Shown here: piece by piece, positions 29,301 to 41,642 of the stretch | Numbering within the stretch: the first letter of the stretch is position 1 | Layout of the letters: the number at the start of each line of letters is the position of its first letter | Source: Tubiluchus corallicola | Lineage: Eukaryota; Animalia; Priapulida | Reading direction: 5' to 3' | DNA length: 64,000 bases | NCBI GenBank assembly: GCA_030141605.1 | Contig: JAQGDQ010000124.1 | Span: 248,001-312,000, forward strand | The notes under the pieces: model-generated | Database searches by the model: none | What the model saw: the letters and a program-made list of their open reading frames with translations, nothing else | What the model was told of the DNA's origin: nothing | Program-made: the position numbers and the translations under genes

Positions 29301-31214
29301 AGGTGAGAGAAAAAATTCTACTCGAAAAGAAATAACACTGAGAAAAACAAGGAAGCATGAGTCAAAAACTAAAGCGTGGTAGCACCAGAAATGTGCAGTT
29401 TATTTTCAACAGGCTCAAGTTGATAAATTGGCCAATTTTGGGAAGAGTAGGAGTTAAAGAAATGCATTTTAAAAGACATGGTGTTATTACAGGCAAAACT
29501 GGAACAACAAAGTTTTTTCCTTCAAGTACTACCAAGACACGTAGTTAGTTAACCGAATTACTTCTGCCATAATATTAAATAATAAATGGTACCTTTACTT
29601 AAGGTTCTTAATGTAAAATCCACTGGAGCTGGTTCAGCCTAGTTGAATCAGGTTGATGTGAAAGGTCAGAAGTTGGAGGCAAAATTTTAAGAACTCCTAA
29701 TGGTGGAGTCTGGAGGCTTTCAAGATGGACTCCACAAACCTGGTTTTGATTAGAATTCTACATCACTAACGTTGTGAAGCACAATAAAGAAGCTCTTTGA
29801 TAAATTCACCTTTCACATTGCATTACAGGTTTTTGTAGAGACGCTCGACAAATGTTTTGAAAATGTATGCGAACTGGATCTGATCTTTCATGTTGATAAG
29901 GTAAGTCACCTAAAGAAAAGTTAAAAAAACTTTTTGTTGCCATCTCCTGGTGAATAATTTAAAAATTAAGCATAAAAAAGAATTAAAAAGGTTTAAAATA
30001 CAGCCCAAAAAACTGCAAATCCTGCAATGTGCCTTGAACTGCGTTGCAGTCCGTTTGTGTATTATAGACATCAGCAATGCTTCAAATTATATATTACTTG
30101 GCTTTTGTTGAATGTTCTGCTTTTTACTCTCTATTTGACTTTTACCTCTCAAAATTTAAGAACGCTTTAGTTAAAATTTTCCAATTTTTCTATTTTTTAA
30201 GCAGTTGCCTGATAATAGCCATATTTAGTTTTACATTTACATTTAGTATGTAATAATTATAAAATCAAAATGCAATAATCATGAAAATGATTTGGTATGG
30301 TTATTTGATGAAACATTCAATATGCGAAACAACCTTGATTGCCATTAATTTCTTGTCTTTTATAGGTTCACTACATACTGTCAGAAATAGTAATGGGTGG
30401 TATGGTACTTGAAACCAATATGAATGAAATTGTTACTCAAATAGATGCGCAGAGCAAACTTGAAAAACAAGAAGTACGTATATATTTCCTACATGCACTT
30501 CTTTTTCTTTTTTACTCATGTTTAGTATTATCTATAACTTGCAGTAGAAGTGTGTCCTATCGTACTGTACGATTTTTAAGGACAAGCAAACGTTTATGAC
30601 TTCATATGCCAGCTGAAAACACTACAGTAATAGCATGGCAGTCAACGTGTTAAACACTTCTGGGACGAATCTACCAAATAAAAGAAATAAATAACATGCC
30701 TTTCTTTTTCAAAAAACAAGTTTTTATTTAGAGTTATAAAATGATTGAAATTTGTGACTTTGACTGGTTCTCTAGCACCTAAGTAATAGTTAAGTTGTGC
30801 TGCCTAATGGAGTTTCCTTTCTGAAGAAACGTGTGCATTTTTCTATCTATCTGTCTAAAAAATATGCCTGTCTGTCTTTGCTTAGCCTGGGTTGGCTTTG
30901 ATGACAGAGTAGTAGACTACAAAATCTAAGACCTAGCAGGATTCCACCTAAAAGCTTTGTTTTTGCTTGCATTCTTGTGTGTGTGTGTGCGTGCATGCGT
31001 GTGTAAGGGTGTGTGTGTGTGTCCATGGTTTTGTAAGCTCGGTGCTTATTGGGTTGAATTGCAAGTTTACACCATGATTGTTATTTATTTTCAGGCTGGT
31101 ATTTCTGCTGCTTCAGCTAGAGCTGTTTCTGCAGTAAAGAACATGAACCTTCCTCAACAAATAAAAGATATGAAGCTTCCAGACTTGCCTAATATTGGCA
31201 GTCTTAAATTCTGA
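26393..31214 (+). CDS. AP3S1: AP-3 adaptor complex sigma subunit, 6 exons, 190 aa
   Basis: Exons 26393-26461, 26768-26859, 28036-28147, 29829-29900, 30366-30473, 31095-31214; all GT-AG, 573 nt. Translation MIKAILVFNNHGKPRL...IYRHYATLYFVFCVDSSESELGILDLIQVFVETLDKCFENVCELDLIFHVDK...MGGMVLETNMNEI...ARAVSAVKNMNLP is diagnostic of sigma-3. Likely a co-ortholog of AP3S1 and AP3S2. Confidence 0.96.
26985..27075 (-). mobile_element. tRNA-derived SINE fragment (MetaSINE-like head)
   Basis: - strand GGTCGTAAGTTCGATACCATGGTCGGGTCATACACAGACTCTAAAAA...CCTGGCA: a B-box-like motif followed by GGTCGGGTCATAC. A related fragment is on + at about 59575-59630. Confidence 0.45.
28335..28353 (-). promoter_or_regulatory. 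Strong CTCF-like motif in AP3S intron 3
   Basis: Reverse complement CGGCCGCTAGATGGCACTA fits the 19-bp CTCF consensus layout. Confidence 0.45.
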
Positions 31215-31646
31215 TATAGTCTGCAAATGTTATTATTAGAACTGTAATTGTTATTGTTTTGTACAGTTTGGGCGTCTGCAAGCCAGAATCCAGCAGCTCC
31301 CAAAGACAGGGCCTAAAAGATAATGATCCTAGTACACCCTCCAAGAAATTAAATAACTGGGATAGGGGGAGCGTAACAAATGAAAAACTGCAAGGAACTG
31401 GCCATCTGCTTGTCTTTGGTCATTAAAGAATAAGAAAGGGTAGGAAAATGGAATCTTAAAAGTATGTCCTAAAAAAACTCCATGCAAAGTTATATTACTT
31501 AACATTATGCTTACCTGTTTGAAAGACATATATACTAGGAAAAGAAAATTCTCAGTAATTTTAATACATTTTGCGCTAACTAGTAAAACGTTACTGTTTC
31601 ACTGGCCTCCTGTGCAGCAAAAGGTGTCACTAACTCACTAGAGAAC

Positions 31647-31708
31647 ACATGATTAATCTTATTGACAAGATAAATTAACATGATTAATCTTATTGACAAG
31701 ATAAATTA
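31647..31708. repeat. 31-bp perfect tandem duplication in the presumed AP3S 3'UTR
   Basis: ACATGATTAATCTTATTGACAAGATAAATTA x2. Confidence 0.85.
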
Positions 31709-32852
31709 ATTTGTACTTTTATTTTATTAGTCAAGTGTGAACTATGAATGCGCTGATTATTTTTTGAATCTGAACTTGCTTCAATTTCTTACTCAACGAC
31801 TGACTCAAAAGACTGCACCTAATTGACAGCACTGCTCTGCAGGAGTTTAATCTTTCAAGTTTTTTTAATAATTAATAATTTTACTGTTCAAGTATATTTA
31901 CATGATTTATTTCGTATGACTTTCTTGTCAGTTTGTGTAATTTGTATCTGTTGTGCATGACCTGGCCTTAACTGTATATTCATTTTAAAATATCGAAATC
32001 ATAAATTAGAGAGATGAGTGTATAATCACTTACTGTTATGTAAAAAAATGTGACTATTTATCTATATAATTTATAAGGATGACTGTATGTAAGTATTATG
32101 ATTTGTCATTTAATTGGTGTGTCAAATAAACGGCTGTTCTTTACATATGTAATATGTATATAATAGCTGTGTACAATCTGACCCAGTCTCTTCGAAGTAA
32201 TGGTTTTCATCACTTGCTATGTACCCAAATGTTTTTTCCATGTACAAATTTACCATCTGCATAAATGTGAAGCTTGCATAACATTGTTTAAGCATCAACA
32301 GTAAACATAGGCATAATAAATTTTATTTCGTTTTTTTATATTAATTTGTTTTTCTAGAGTATGCAAAATGCAAAGGTGTAAAAAGTCTATTTTTCCATTT
32401 GAAACAAGCAAAAATACTTTAGGAATAAATGGAGTGGGCAGCAAGTATTACGCAAACATGTATTAACTAATTATGCATGTTGAATGCAAGCATAGTTTCA
32501 CGAGAATAGCACTTTCCTTATGGCCTTGTCATAGAAAGTATGGTACCAGCTATTTATGCAAGATGACAAGTAGATGGCCGTGATAGCTTTCCAGGGATTT
32601 TGAAAGTCGGAGTGGACCAGGAGTTCAGGCTAATGCTGTAATTTAAGAATTTGAATGCTGCAAGGCAGAAGCAAGCAGTTGAATGGACCACAAAAATCTT
32701 GGTACCACCTTATATCGTTCCATATTGCCAGCACTTCCAGCAGTCTTAGAAGCCAATTTTATAAGCTAACAACAATTATCATAATACCCACATGTGCTCT
32801 TACTGTTTTAGTCAATATTGCAATTACAGAACAGGCCAGTATGCAACAGTAC

Positions 32853-32992
32853 TAGGCGAGCTGTGCAAATTCCTGCAATTCAAACAACACAAATAGATCA
32901 TATAATATAGGAACCTCAACTGTAGGCGAGCTGTGCAAATTCCTGTAATTCAAACAACACAAATAGATCATATAATATAGGAACCTCAACTG
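32853..32992. repeat. 70-bp tandem duplication
   Basis: TAGGCGAGCTGTGCAAATTCCTG...GAACCTCAACTG x2 with one mismatch. Confidence 0.9.
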
Positions 32993-33785
32993 TGCCATTC
33001 GAAAGTAAGTAACCGTGTAGTGAATAGTGACTACTGAGTACTGACTAGTAACTACAACAAGCGATGATAAATACATTCAATAACGGATTTTGATGCAACA
33101 GAAAGCGGGCGAATGAATTGAGCTACAGATGGTATTTTTAGCGGTGCGCCACTCAAACAGATAATAGAAATAATAATAATGGCTGCACCCAAAGAGGTTT
33201 AATCAGAGATTTGGGTTAATTAAATACGGTAAGATTAATATTTTACAGCAGGGATGTGCAAATTATCTGACTAGCCGGGCCACATTAAACTTTTCTGCTG
33301 GCCCACATATAGTTTGGTCAAGGAGCCAAGAACAGTAGGACCTAACAACGATTTTTTTGCATTCGTTCTTCCTTTAGTGTACGATGTTGTTCCTCTAATT
33401 TAGCAACAGATGACAATATCGAAGCAAATGTTCTTCGCACATCATTACTACTACCCAGAAAACTAGTATTTTAGAAGTTATTAAAATTTACATTAAAAAC
33501 CATAGATTTCAACTTTTATGTCAGTTAGTTGCAATTTTATTACAATGCATACTAGTAAAGTGTATCACACAGCCTGTGCAGTACAGTGCATATTAATCTG
33601 TCTTAAAACATTCGATGTTCTTCTTCAATTCTTCTATTTTTATCCATGTTTCTGATCTACAAGAACACTCTCACCCGATGAAACGATGAAACATCCACTG
33701 ATCGCGGCGTGTACTACTAAGCCTAAACAGAAACTAAAATCTGGGAATCCCCTATATCAGGTTGCTGGCACTTATAAATTGATCT

Positions 33786-33929
33786 GCCCAGTCGTCTTCT
33801 TGGTCATAGTAGGTAGATCATTTTGACTTGGTTATTTTATAATTTTATTTATAATTTATTTATTTAGAATTTATTTTGTAAAATAAACAAGTCTTAATGA
33901 TCTACCTGTTATAAGAAGACGACTGGGCC
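33786..33929. repeat. Fold-back (palindromic) element
   Basis: Arms GCCCAGTCGTCTTCTT...AGGTAGATCATT and AATGATCTACCT...AAGAAGACGACTGGGC around an AT-rich centre. Confidence 0.75.
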
Positions 33930-34029
33930 AAACAACCGGCCTGATAATAGAAGCCTATGGATTGGCTGGTTGGTCTTCCTGGTAGGGCAGGAGACTAGAT
34001 GACCCTATGGTCCTTCCCTGCCCTGCTCC

Positions 34030-34393
34030 CAGGGCCTATTTCAGCCTAGGTGAGGCCCGGGGAAGTGGGGCATGTGAGGCCCAGTCGGGGGGGGCTACCG
34101 TGGTTGGCGCCCAGAAAATTTTTCAACTGCTAGAACGCCGGAGAAGCATTTTCGAAGAGAAAATATGGAGTTATACAGTTGTTAAAGGAAAGAACAATTG
34201 AAAGAAAAACTGCTTTATTCTCAAGACCAGTCCTTAATACTTGTCAATACTGGCAAACGGCGCACGTGCGGCAAGAGAGGGAGAGAGGAGGCAGTATGTT
34301 CGCATAAAGCAAAAAAGTTACCTTGGAGCGAGGCCCCCTGGAGGGTGAGGCCCCGGGGAAGTATCCCCACTTCCCCCCTTGAAATAGGCCCTG
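34030..34393. mobile_element. Young hAT MITE (364 bp)
   Basis: Perfect TIR CAGGGCCTATTTCA / TGAAATAGGCCCTG and perfect 8-bp TSD CCTGCTCC. A near-identical partial copy is inverted at about 60372-60604. Confidence 0.9.
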
Positions 34394-35523
34394 CCTGCTC
34401 CATGATTATAATTACTTAATATTTACAAAAAACTTTTGATGTTAACTAATTGGAGAAAATAAATGTTCTATGTCTATGTCTCGCTTTTCGTGCACATTTG
34501 AGTGTTTCAATGGGGGCTTCCGTGATAGTTGCTAGGTTCTGTGAGTACATCGTTTTTTGTGTTCCAAGTGAGCAGCGTGAAATATCGTCACGTCCGACAG
34601 TGACATTAAGTGACAATCGTCTTGCAGGGGTTAATGCCACCCGTTCTAGTGAAAAAAAACTACCCAAACTATCAACGCGATCATTGCGGACTTCAACTGG
34701 AAACTTGTTTCTCAAACTTGCGACTCCATTCATCGCCCAGGCCACACTTTCATTAGGTTGACAAACTTCTTCACGGGCCGCACAAAATCTGTCGGCCGCA
34801 GTATAGACACCCCTGTTTTACATTATTAGTATTTAATGTTTTAAATATTGCAAGCGAGGAATGTCAATCTCTATCCTTTATTTGAGTACTACACTTGTAT
34901 TTCTGTCTGTTATAATGTCTGTCTGGTACAAGGGAAACACCTTAGAATACCCTTTTAATTGTAGAGGTTTGAAATCTGACATAAAAGTTAAACAGACACA
35001 CATTGCAAATGGTACGAAATTTGATTTTTATTATGGTGGAGCTAAATATGGCGTCATAGGAATAATAGCCAAGCAGTGACTTAAAGCTATTTTTCGGAAA
35101 TGACTGAAAGGATTTGTATGCTACAAGTAGGTATTAGTAATGTCAAATATGAATTGCTTGCTCTTATGCAGCTACATTACCAAGTACATTACCAGCGAAA
35201 AACACCCTTGAGTTGCCAGAGAAATTTTACAGTGATTTACATGTAGGACGTCATACAATCTATAAGTAAAAGGAATATCTATAAGTGCATGAAGTTGATT
35301 ATATACCTGTTCCAACCATCTGAAGTAATTCATAAAGTCATGATTCATTCCTTTCAGCTATTTTTAAGATTAACAAATAAAAACTTTATTTTCAGTTTTT
35401 CTAGTGTTGTACGTGTCCACACTTTTGTCTTTTATATAATTTGCTATTTGTATTTTTCTTCATAGTTTTTCATTTTGCTAATGGAATCTTTTGTTTTTTA
35501 TTTAGGATTATCCATGCATTACA

Positions 35524-38500
35524 ATGGAAAGACTACCTGAACATTTTGCTGAATCAAGTTCATCTCGTGCTGCATTCTCCACAGATGTTGAATGTTTAAG
35601 TAATGAGAAATCTGAGGATAGAGAAAAACACCTGGAAGATTTATTCAAAGGTTGCGCCTATTGTACATGTTTAATAACAGCTTTGTGATTGAAATAGTGT
35701 TGATAGTAATAAAGTTTGATATATTGTCATATTTCAATAAGTGAATTGCATTCGAAAATTTAAAATTTACTACAGTTTTACTTAACAAATGCATTTACAA
35801 ATTGGAAGGAGAAAATTTATTTTAATCTTAGTATAACAAGCACAATTTTTTGCACAGTACAGTGAACAAATACATTCTGTAATGGTCTCAGTTTTTTAAA
35901 TAATTAAGGTGGCAATTTAAATTTAATTCTTAATGACAAGAATAGTGATAACTATTAAAATTCCCACATTTAGAACATTTATAAGGTTTGATGTTTCAAA
36001 TGACTGCTTTGGTGTATCATCAGATGGTCATTTGAAAAACAAAAAGGGGAAAAGATGGAAAGAACCATGTAAATTTACTAACTATTTTTTATTTTTTGTT
36101 ACATTATTTACACATGGAAATCCAGAATTTCAAAAAAGATACAAATATGTATTAAAATCAATAAGGCACATCTAATGAAAACATGTGGAAAAACACAGAT
36201 GTAGGAAACAAAATCATGGCTACAGTCACTGTAATTGGGAGAGAGGTGCAAAAATTGTTTTTGTGATAATAGGTCGTCGTAAATCTATCAATTTGCTGAA
36301 TGGCTACAGAATATTTTAAAACTAAGAAGATAAATATATTTTAAAGGAGTCAGTATTTGCAAAAGACATTTTAAAAAGATTTAGTAGCAAAAGTATGATA
36401 AGCACCTTGGGTAATTAGTAAAATCACTTTAAAGTCGCTTATTTTAACGCTTGGTTGCTCCCATTTTCAGCACTCATTTTCCACCTATGATGTCATTTGT
36501 TAAGAAAAGCAGCCCACTGTCAATTTCTACAAAAGTAAAATAAACTTTGCAAAAATTAGATTGTGATATTTCCATGACGCGCTTACGAAAAGTCACAAAG
36601 TCCACCAGTTACATAATAATTTTGCAGTGAATCGCGCTTGAAAATTCTGTACAGTGGTAATATTATCGACAGTTTTTTGCAAGTTTCTTTGCTACATTTT
36701 TCGAAATTTAAGTGATAGCAGTAAAATAAACTTAACATGCTGAATGACATGTCCTTTCCTTTCCTTTAATATTTAAATTCTTGTAAAAATTTAACAATAT
36801 AACAAGTTGGCAACCCTTGTCATAACATTAGATTAGTACTACAGTAGCATGCAATATCTAGCACTCTCATTATGTTATTTTTTATAATCTTTCATTTGAA
36901 AGCAGGTATAGATACCTACTACTTTTAAGTCATTTTTCTATTTTCATTGCTAAATTATACAATTTTTATGTAGCTGTGATTTTTGTATCAGTATACCATA
37001 TCTTAATATTTGTCTATAAAAATAACTTTACACACAGCCTATTGCAATTGTTTTTTGGTTTATGTAGTATTTAAACGTACATTGCTTTGCCAATATGTAC
37101 ATTGTATGTATTTTGTGCAAATGAAACTGAATTGAATTGAAAATTGTTTCACTAATTTATTACTATCTTTTTCAGATCGCTACACAGAGAAAGATCCAGG
37201 ATATATTGAGACCCTTGAAAAGGCAAATCCACCTCCGCCTTGTGTAAAAGATTGGTGGAGTAACGTGCGTCCAAAACGAGACTTCAATTCAACAAGGTTT
37301 GCAAATTACAACAGTTCGTTTGTTAAGGTGAAAAATCGACAATCTGTCTAGCACAGGCAGGTGAATTTGATGCAAAATTTGGTTTTTGAAACGAGACTGG
37401 AATCAGAATTTTTTAAAGTTTTTATTATTATAATGTCGTTGTATTCTTGACAGTGGGAAAGATTCTACTTACTTTGTTTAAAAGATTTTTTATGGTTAGC
37501 AATAATGCATACTTCACGCGTGTAATGCGCTGTCAGTCCAGTTACAGCAGCAATAATATAGGATGATTTAATTACTTAACTGCTGTATAGGTGGCAGCAC
37601 CATCGTGTTTTATTGAGAGCTTCTGCTGGAAAAACCTGTATAGTGTATATGTTACAAAACAATGCGTAAAATTTAGATATTTCATAAAATTCTTATGCGT
37701 TTCATATAACATATGTGTATTTCGGGAAAAATGTGAAATAGATGTTTTTGTCATGATTCTTTCATACTTTACCTAGACGTTTTGTATAATTGCTAGAATT
37801 TATGTAAAATACATAAATTTACTTTTTGGCAATGTGTAAATTGAACCTTATTTTCCGTAGAATCAAGCTTTTGCTAGATATTTTATACATTACCTAGGCA
37901 TTGTATGGAATATATAAAACGACTCTTTCAGACTATTGAGTTTTCTGTCTCAAGTTTTTTTCCCTGACAGCAAACTCACAAGTGTGTTCTGCATTGTGAG
38001 TTACTGTCGGCAAGAAATCGCAAACTCTTGGACAGTTGCTGCGAATTACTGTCTAGAGTGAATGCCTCCGCAAGTTACTCTTGATACTGCTCATGGTGAA
38101 TAGAGAAAAGAGTGTCAACATACTTTCCAAGAGTAATTTGCAGCAATCTATCTCTGTATCTATCCGTCTATGTTTCCATCTAACTACCATCTACCCAACC
38201 AACCAAATTCAAGTACACATATTCCCTAAAATAAAATTGTCATTATATAAAATGCCTAGGAAAAGTGTAGAAGGAATTATTTGTTTGTTTGTTTTGTTTT
38301 GGCACTCTATAAAATGCATAGGCATTCTATAAAATATCCAATTTCACTTACTGCCTATAACACATGCATATATAGTTTCTGTCACACAATTTAATCTCTG
38401 CATAGATGGCAGCACCTTTATGGTTTATTGAGATTCTCTGACGTTTTTAATTTATAACAAAATTTCAAAATTTATTTTAAACGTTTTTCACAAAATTAAT

Positions 38501-38691
38501 CATTTATATTGGTTTCAAGGTCTACACTTTCTTACAGAGGCGATAAGCGTTCTTGGGACGACCGTAACAGGAATTCCGAAAAACGTGATGGAGGATATGA
38601 CAGAAGAGATCATAGTAGTTACAAAAGGTTCCATAGGAGTGACTATCAGCAGAGAGCCTGGAATAGAAATGACAATTATCAGAACAGATAG
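35524..38691 (+). CDS. RAMAC: RNMT-activating miniprotein (RAM/FAM103A1)-like, 3 coding exons, about 133 aa
   Basis: Exons 35524-35650, 37176-37296, 38538-38691 (an alternative in-frame acceptor would start exon 3 at 38520). The spliced core LEDLFKDRYTEKDPGYIETLEKANPPPPCVKDW resembles RAM [33 protein letters not shown]. It is followed by an N/R-rich low-complexity tail like the RAM RNA-binding NR domain. Confidence 0.82.
36345..36765. mobile_element. Kolobok-like non-autonomous element in RAMAC intron 1
   Basis: TTAA|AGG ... CCT|TTAA ends. The interior is similar, in inverted orientation, to 42600-43072 (e.g. CAAAGTCCACCAGTTA / TAACTGGTGGACTTTG). Confidence 0.5.
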
Positions 38692-39233
38692 CATTTATGT
38701 AGTTTGTGCATTGATGCTAAATATAAATACGTTGTTTATACTGTAACACAACAACAACATTTTATTGACACTTAGGTATTCACGGTATGGGATGCGTGTT
38801 TGTTGTAAATATGGCATAGTTTTTGTTACGTATATATATCCATTGAAGCATCAATTGAATCATTTGTGAATGTAGTCTTTGATAATACTGGATTTAGAGG
38901 TCTGTTTTTACGCTGACTAAACAAGTTAATAAAGTACTTTTCATTAAAATGCAACAGTTAAGTACACACAGGTAAATTGAGGTGGTCAGTAACAATCATC
39001 ATAGTGTTTGTAATATCCATATAATTTTGTATTGTTTATATTGCTGTAAATAAATGTTTAAACAAATAAACACTCCAAACTTGTTGCAAATTGTTCTGTT
39101 AAAAAAGACAAAAATGACTTTGCTGTTTCCTGAAGCGCAGTCCTTCTAGAGTTATGATGCTGAGGTACCACTCGAGACTATGCTATGGTGTTTGAAATAT
39201 CATTCAGTAGCGACTTGAAGGAACTATAAAGAC

Positions 39234-39299
39234 TGAACAGGCCGGGACGAGTGCAATTTGTCTTTAACCTGCAGATTGACACACGTCCAAACCTATTCA
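39234..39299 (-). ncRNA. mir-92: pre-miR-92 family hairpin, distal copy; mature 3p AAUUGCACUCGUCCCGGCCUGU (39258-39237)
   Basis: The mature arm has the miR-92 seed AUUGCAC and tail GUCCCGGCCU. The 5p arm AGGUUUGGACGUGUGUCAAUC (39294-39274) pairs with it, with basal stem UGAAUAGG/CCUGUUCA. A CNNC motif (CUUC) starts 17 nt 3' of the mature end. Confidence 0.92.
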
Positions 39300-41353
39300 T
39301 CTTTGTGCATTTCTACCAGTTGTTGCTGCCTTTTGTTTCCTCGTTTCTTCAGATATCGGTGAATCTTGTTTTGCGCTGTAACAATGAAATGCTAAATCAA
39401 GGAATAAGCAAAGTTCTTCAGTTATTTGAATGCTTAGCTGACACTTGCATCAGTGAATTAACTAAAAAAGTTAAAAAAACAAATTGTGTTATAATTATAG
39501 ACTTTTTATAGTACAGTTGCAAGCCTGTTAAAGGAAGTCATTTTTAATTATTTCAAATGCACGTCGCAGATGGCACAATTTGGCTGAATAAAATAACACA
39601 CTTTTAAAACATTCGGTCTTCTTATTTTGTTGATAAATAAAATGGTAATTGGTATATGACGTATACACAGGCAAATTTTTAACCTTTGTATATGTTGCTG
39701 TGTAATAATTTATCAAACTCACAAAAATAATAAAATTCATGTAATCAAGTGATAAATGATGAGTTCACACAAAAGATTTATCCAGGTGAGAGAGAGCACA
39801 GTGCTCTAGCTTGCCTAACAGTACTTACTCACAACCTGCTAATACTAATTCGCATAAGATTATCTTGGTGCGATGATCACCCATGTTAACAGCTTTGACT
39901 TTGCCTGACAATGCCTCCAATCCTACAAATTGCTGGATTTGTGTAAAAAAAACTGGTCCCGATGAATGGACGGGCAACGTGTGCTGACTAGGTGTCAGAA
40001 TGAATAGGATGTTCATTTCAAGGCTTATAACACTTCGTATCCAGCTTTAGTTTCCTGCAACACAGGCTAAGGGATAACAAGTAAAATGGCGATGTTGCTG
40101 TCGCGATGTAACTGAGTCAGCGTTAAATACGCCCGAAGCTGAGAATAGGCCAAAGAATGCAAGAGTTGAATGCATAACACTTTATACACCAACATAATTT
40201 AAGTCTTTTCTCGTTTCCGATTTTTAACATCAAAGTTCCTTCTTTTGGTCGCTCGCTTTTAAAAGGTTAACAATTACAAATTTGGAGCGACGTACATAGC
40301 GAGAGGTTATTTTGAGTGTTTAGTGACATGTCGATTGCTTTGGAACAAACATATTACCTGCTACAAAAATTATCAGCAAAAAAACAAGATTTTTAAGACA
40401 CGTGCAGATTGTAAGACCACGGTATGCTCTTGTACGCCGATAATCTCATTTTTATACAATACCTTCTAGTGAAATTTGACTTTTCATTTTTATTTTTTAT
40501 TACAATAACACCAAACAACAATACATCAAAGCATGATAGGATTATATAATTACATTAATATTTTAATAAAATGGACGTGACATGATATCTATATAAATTG
40601 TTGCTTGCGTTATAGGCAGAAGCATTACTTGTGCGACTATACTGCAATTAATGGTGCAGGTGTTAGGGTGCAGAGAAGGGAAGGTAAAAATGATGGAATG
40701 ATAGTGGAGAGTGCAGGAGATGGGAATTATAAGGATCAGGTAATGAAATAATGTGGATGAGAATGAGTATAACATTGGAAGGTTTTCAGAATTAATAAAT
40801 TCTATTTTCAAATGCTATCTTCTATCGTTTGAAAAGCAATAAATTAATGTGCTGCTGTACATGTCCTACTATGACACACCGTCTCTATTTCAGTGCCAAA
40901 ACAATTTTCTTGAACTGGGAATTGAATTTAGGACTGCCCAGGCTTATCACTTGTTAAAAGCTATATAGGCCTTCAAGGCCTCAATTTGATAGCGTAGCGA
41001 TTACATTTCTTCTAGATAATAATACAAACTATTAGCTTTCGCAAATAAAAAACATGACAGAAAAAATGTACGTGACATAAAACAATCTGATCATTCTGCT
41101 TGTATATGTAGTATTTGTTTTTGTACATTCGCCGTAGATGCTATTGGAATACGCTACACAACAGAAAAGAAAACGGGGGGGGGGCGGAGTTAGAAAAATG
41201 TGAACACTAAAATAATTTCAATACATTTTTGCCAATGCTGTAAAAAGTGTGACAAGCATGCGAACATGGTTCAGATGCTTTGTAAAGTCAGAGAAATTTC
41301 ATTCCTGGGAAATATGCGTACACGTGTGGGTCATTCTATATGTTATACATAAG

Positions 41354-41642
41354 TCGGTCGCAACTTTTCACACTTTTTTGGTACGAAGCACTTTAATAGC
41401 AATAATACTATAACAATATGATATTATAATAATAGTATAACAGACATCGAAGTGGACAAATTTGGGTTTGTCTTTTCATTTTATAACAACCAGCATTTTT
41501 CTCTTCATTAAAAATAAACCGTCCACTAACAAGTTCTTAGCGACGTGAAAAGGCCAAAATTACAAAATGAAAAGACACACCCAAATTTGTTCTTCAAGTT
41601 GATGCTTGTTATAGGCTATGTTGTATGAAAACTGGAGACCGA
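41354..41642. repeat. Fold-back MITE-like element
   Basis: Outer arms TCGGTCGCAACTTTTCACAC / GTATGAAAACTGGAGACCGA; inner arms ACAAATTTGGGTTTGTCTTTTCATTTT / AAAATGAAAAGACACACCCAAATTTGT. Confidence 0.7.

Larger units (their letters stand above)
33249..34815. mobile_element. hAT (Charlie-like) non-autonomous element containing nested insertions
   Basis: Ends CAGGGATGTGCA / AGACACCCCTG, subterminal CGGGCC motifs, TSD TTTTACAG / TTTTACAT (7/8). Confidence 0.65.
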
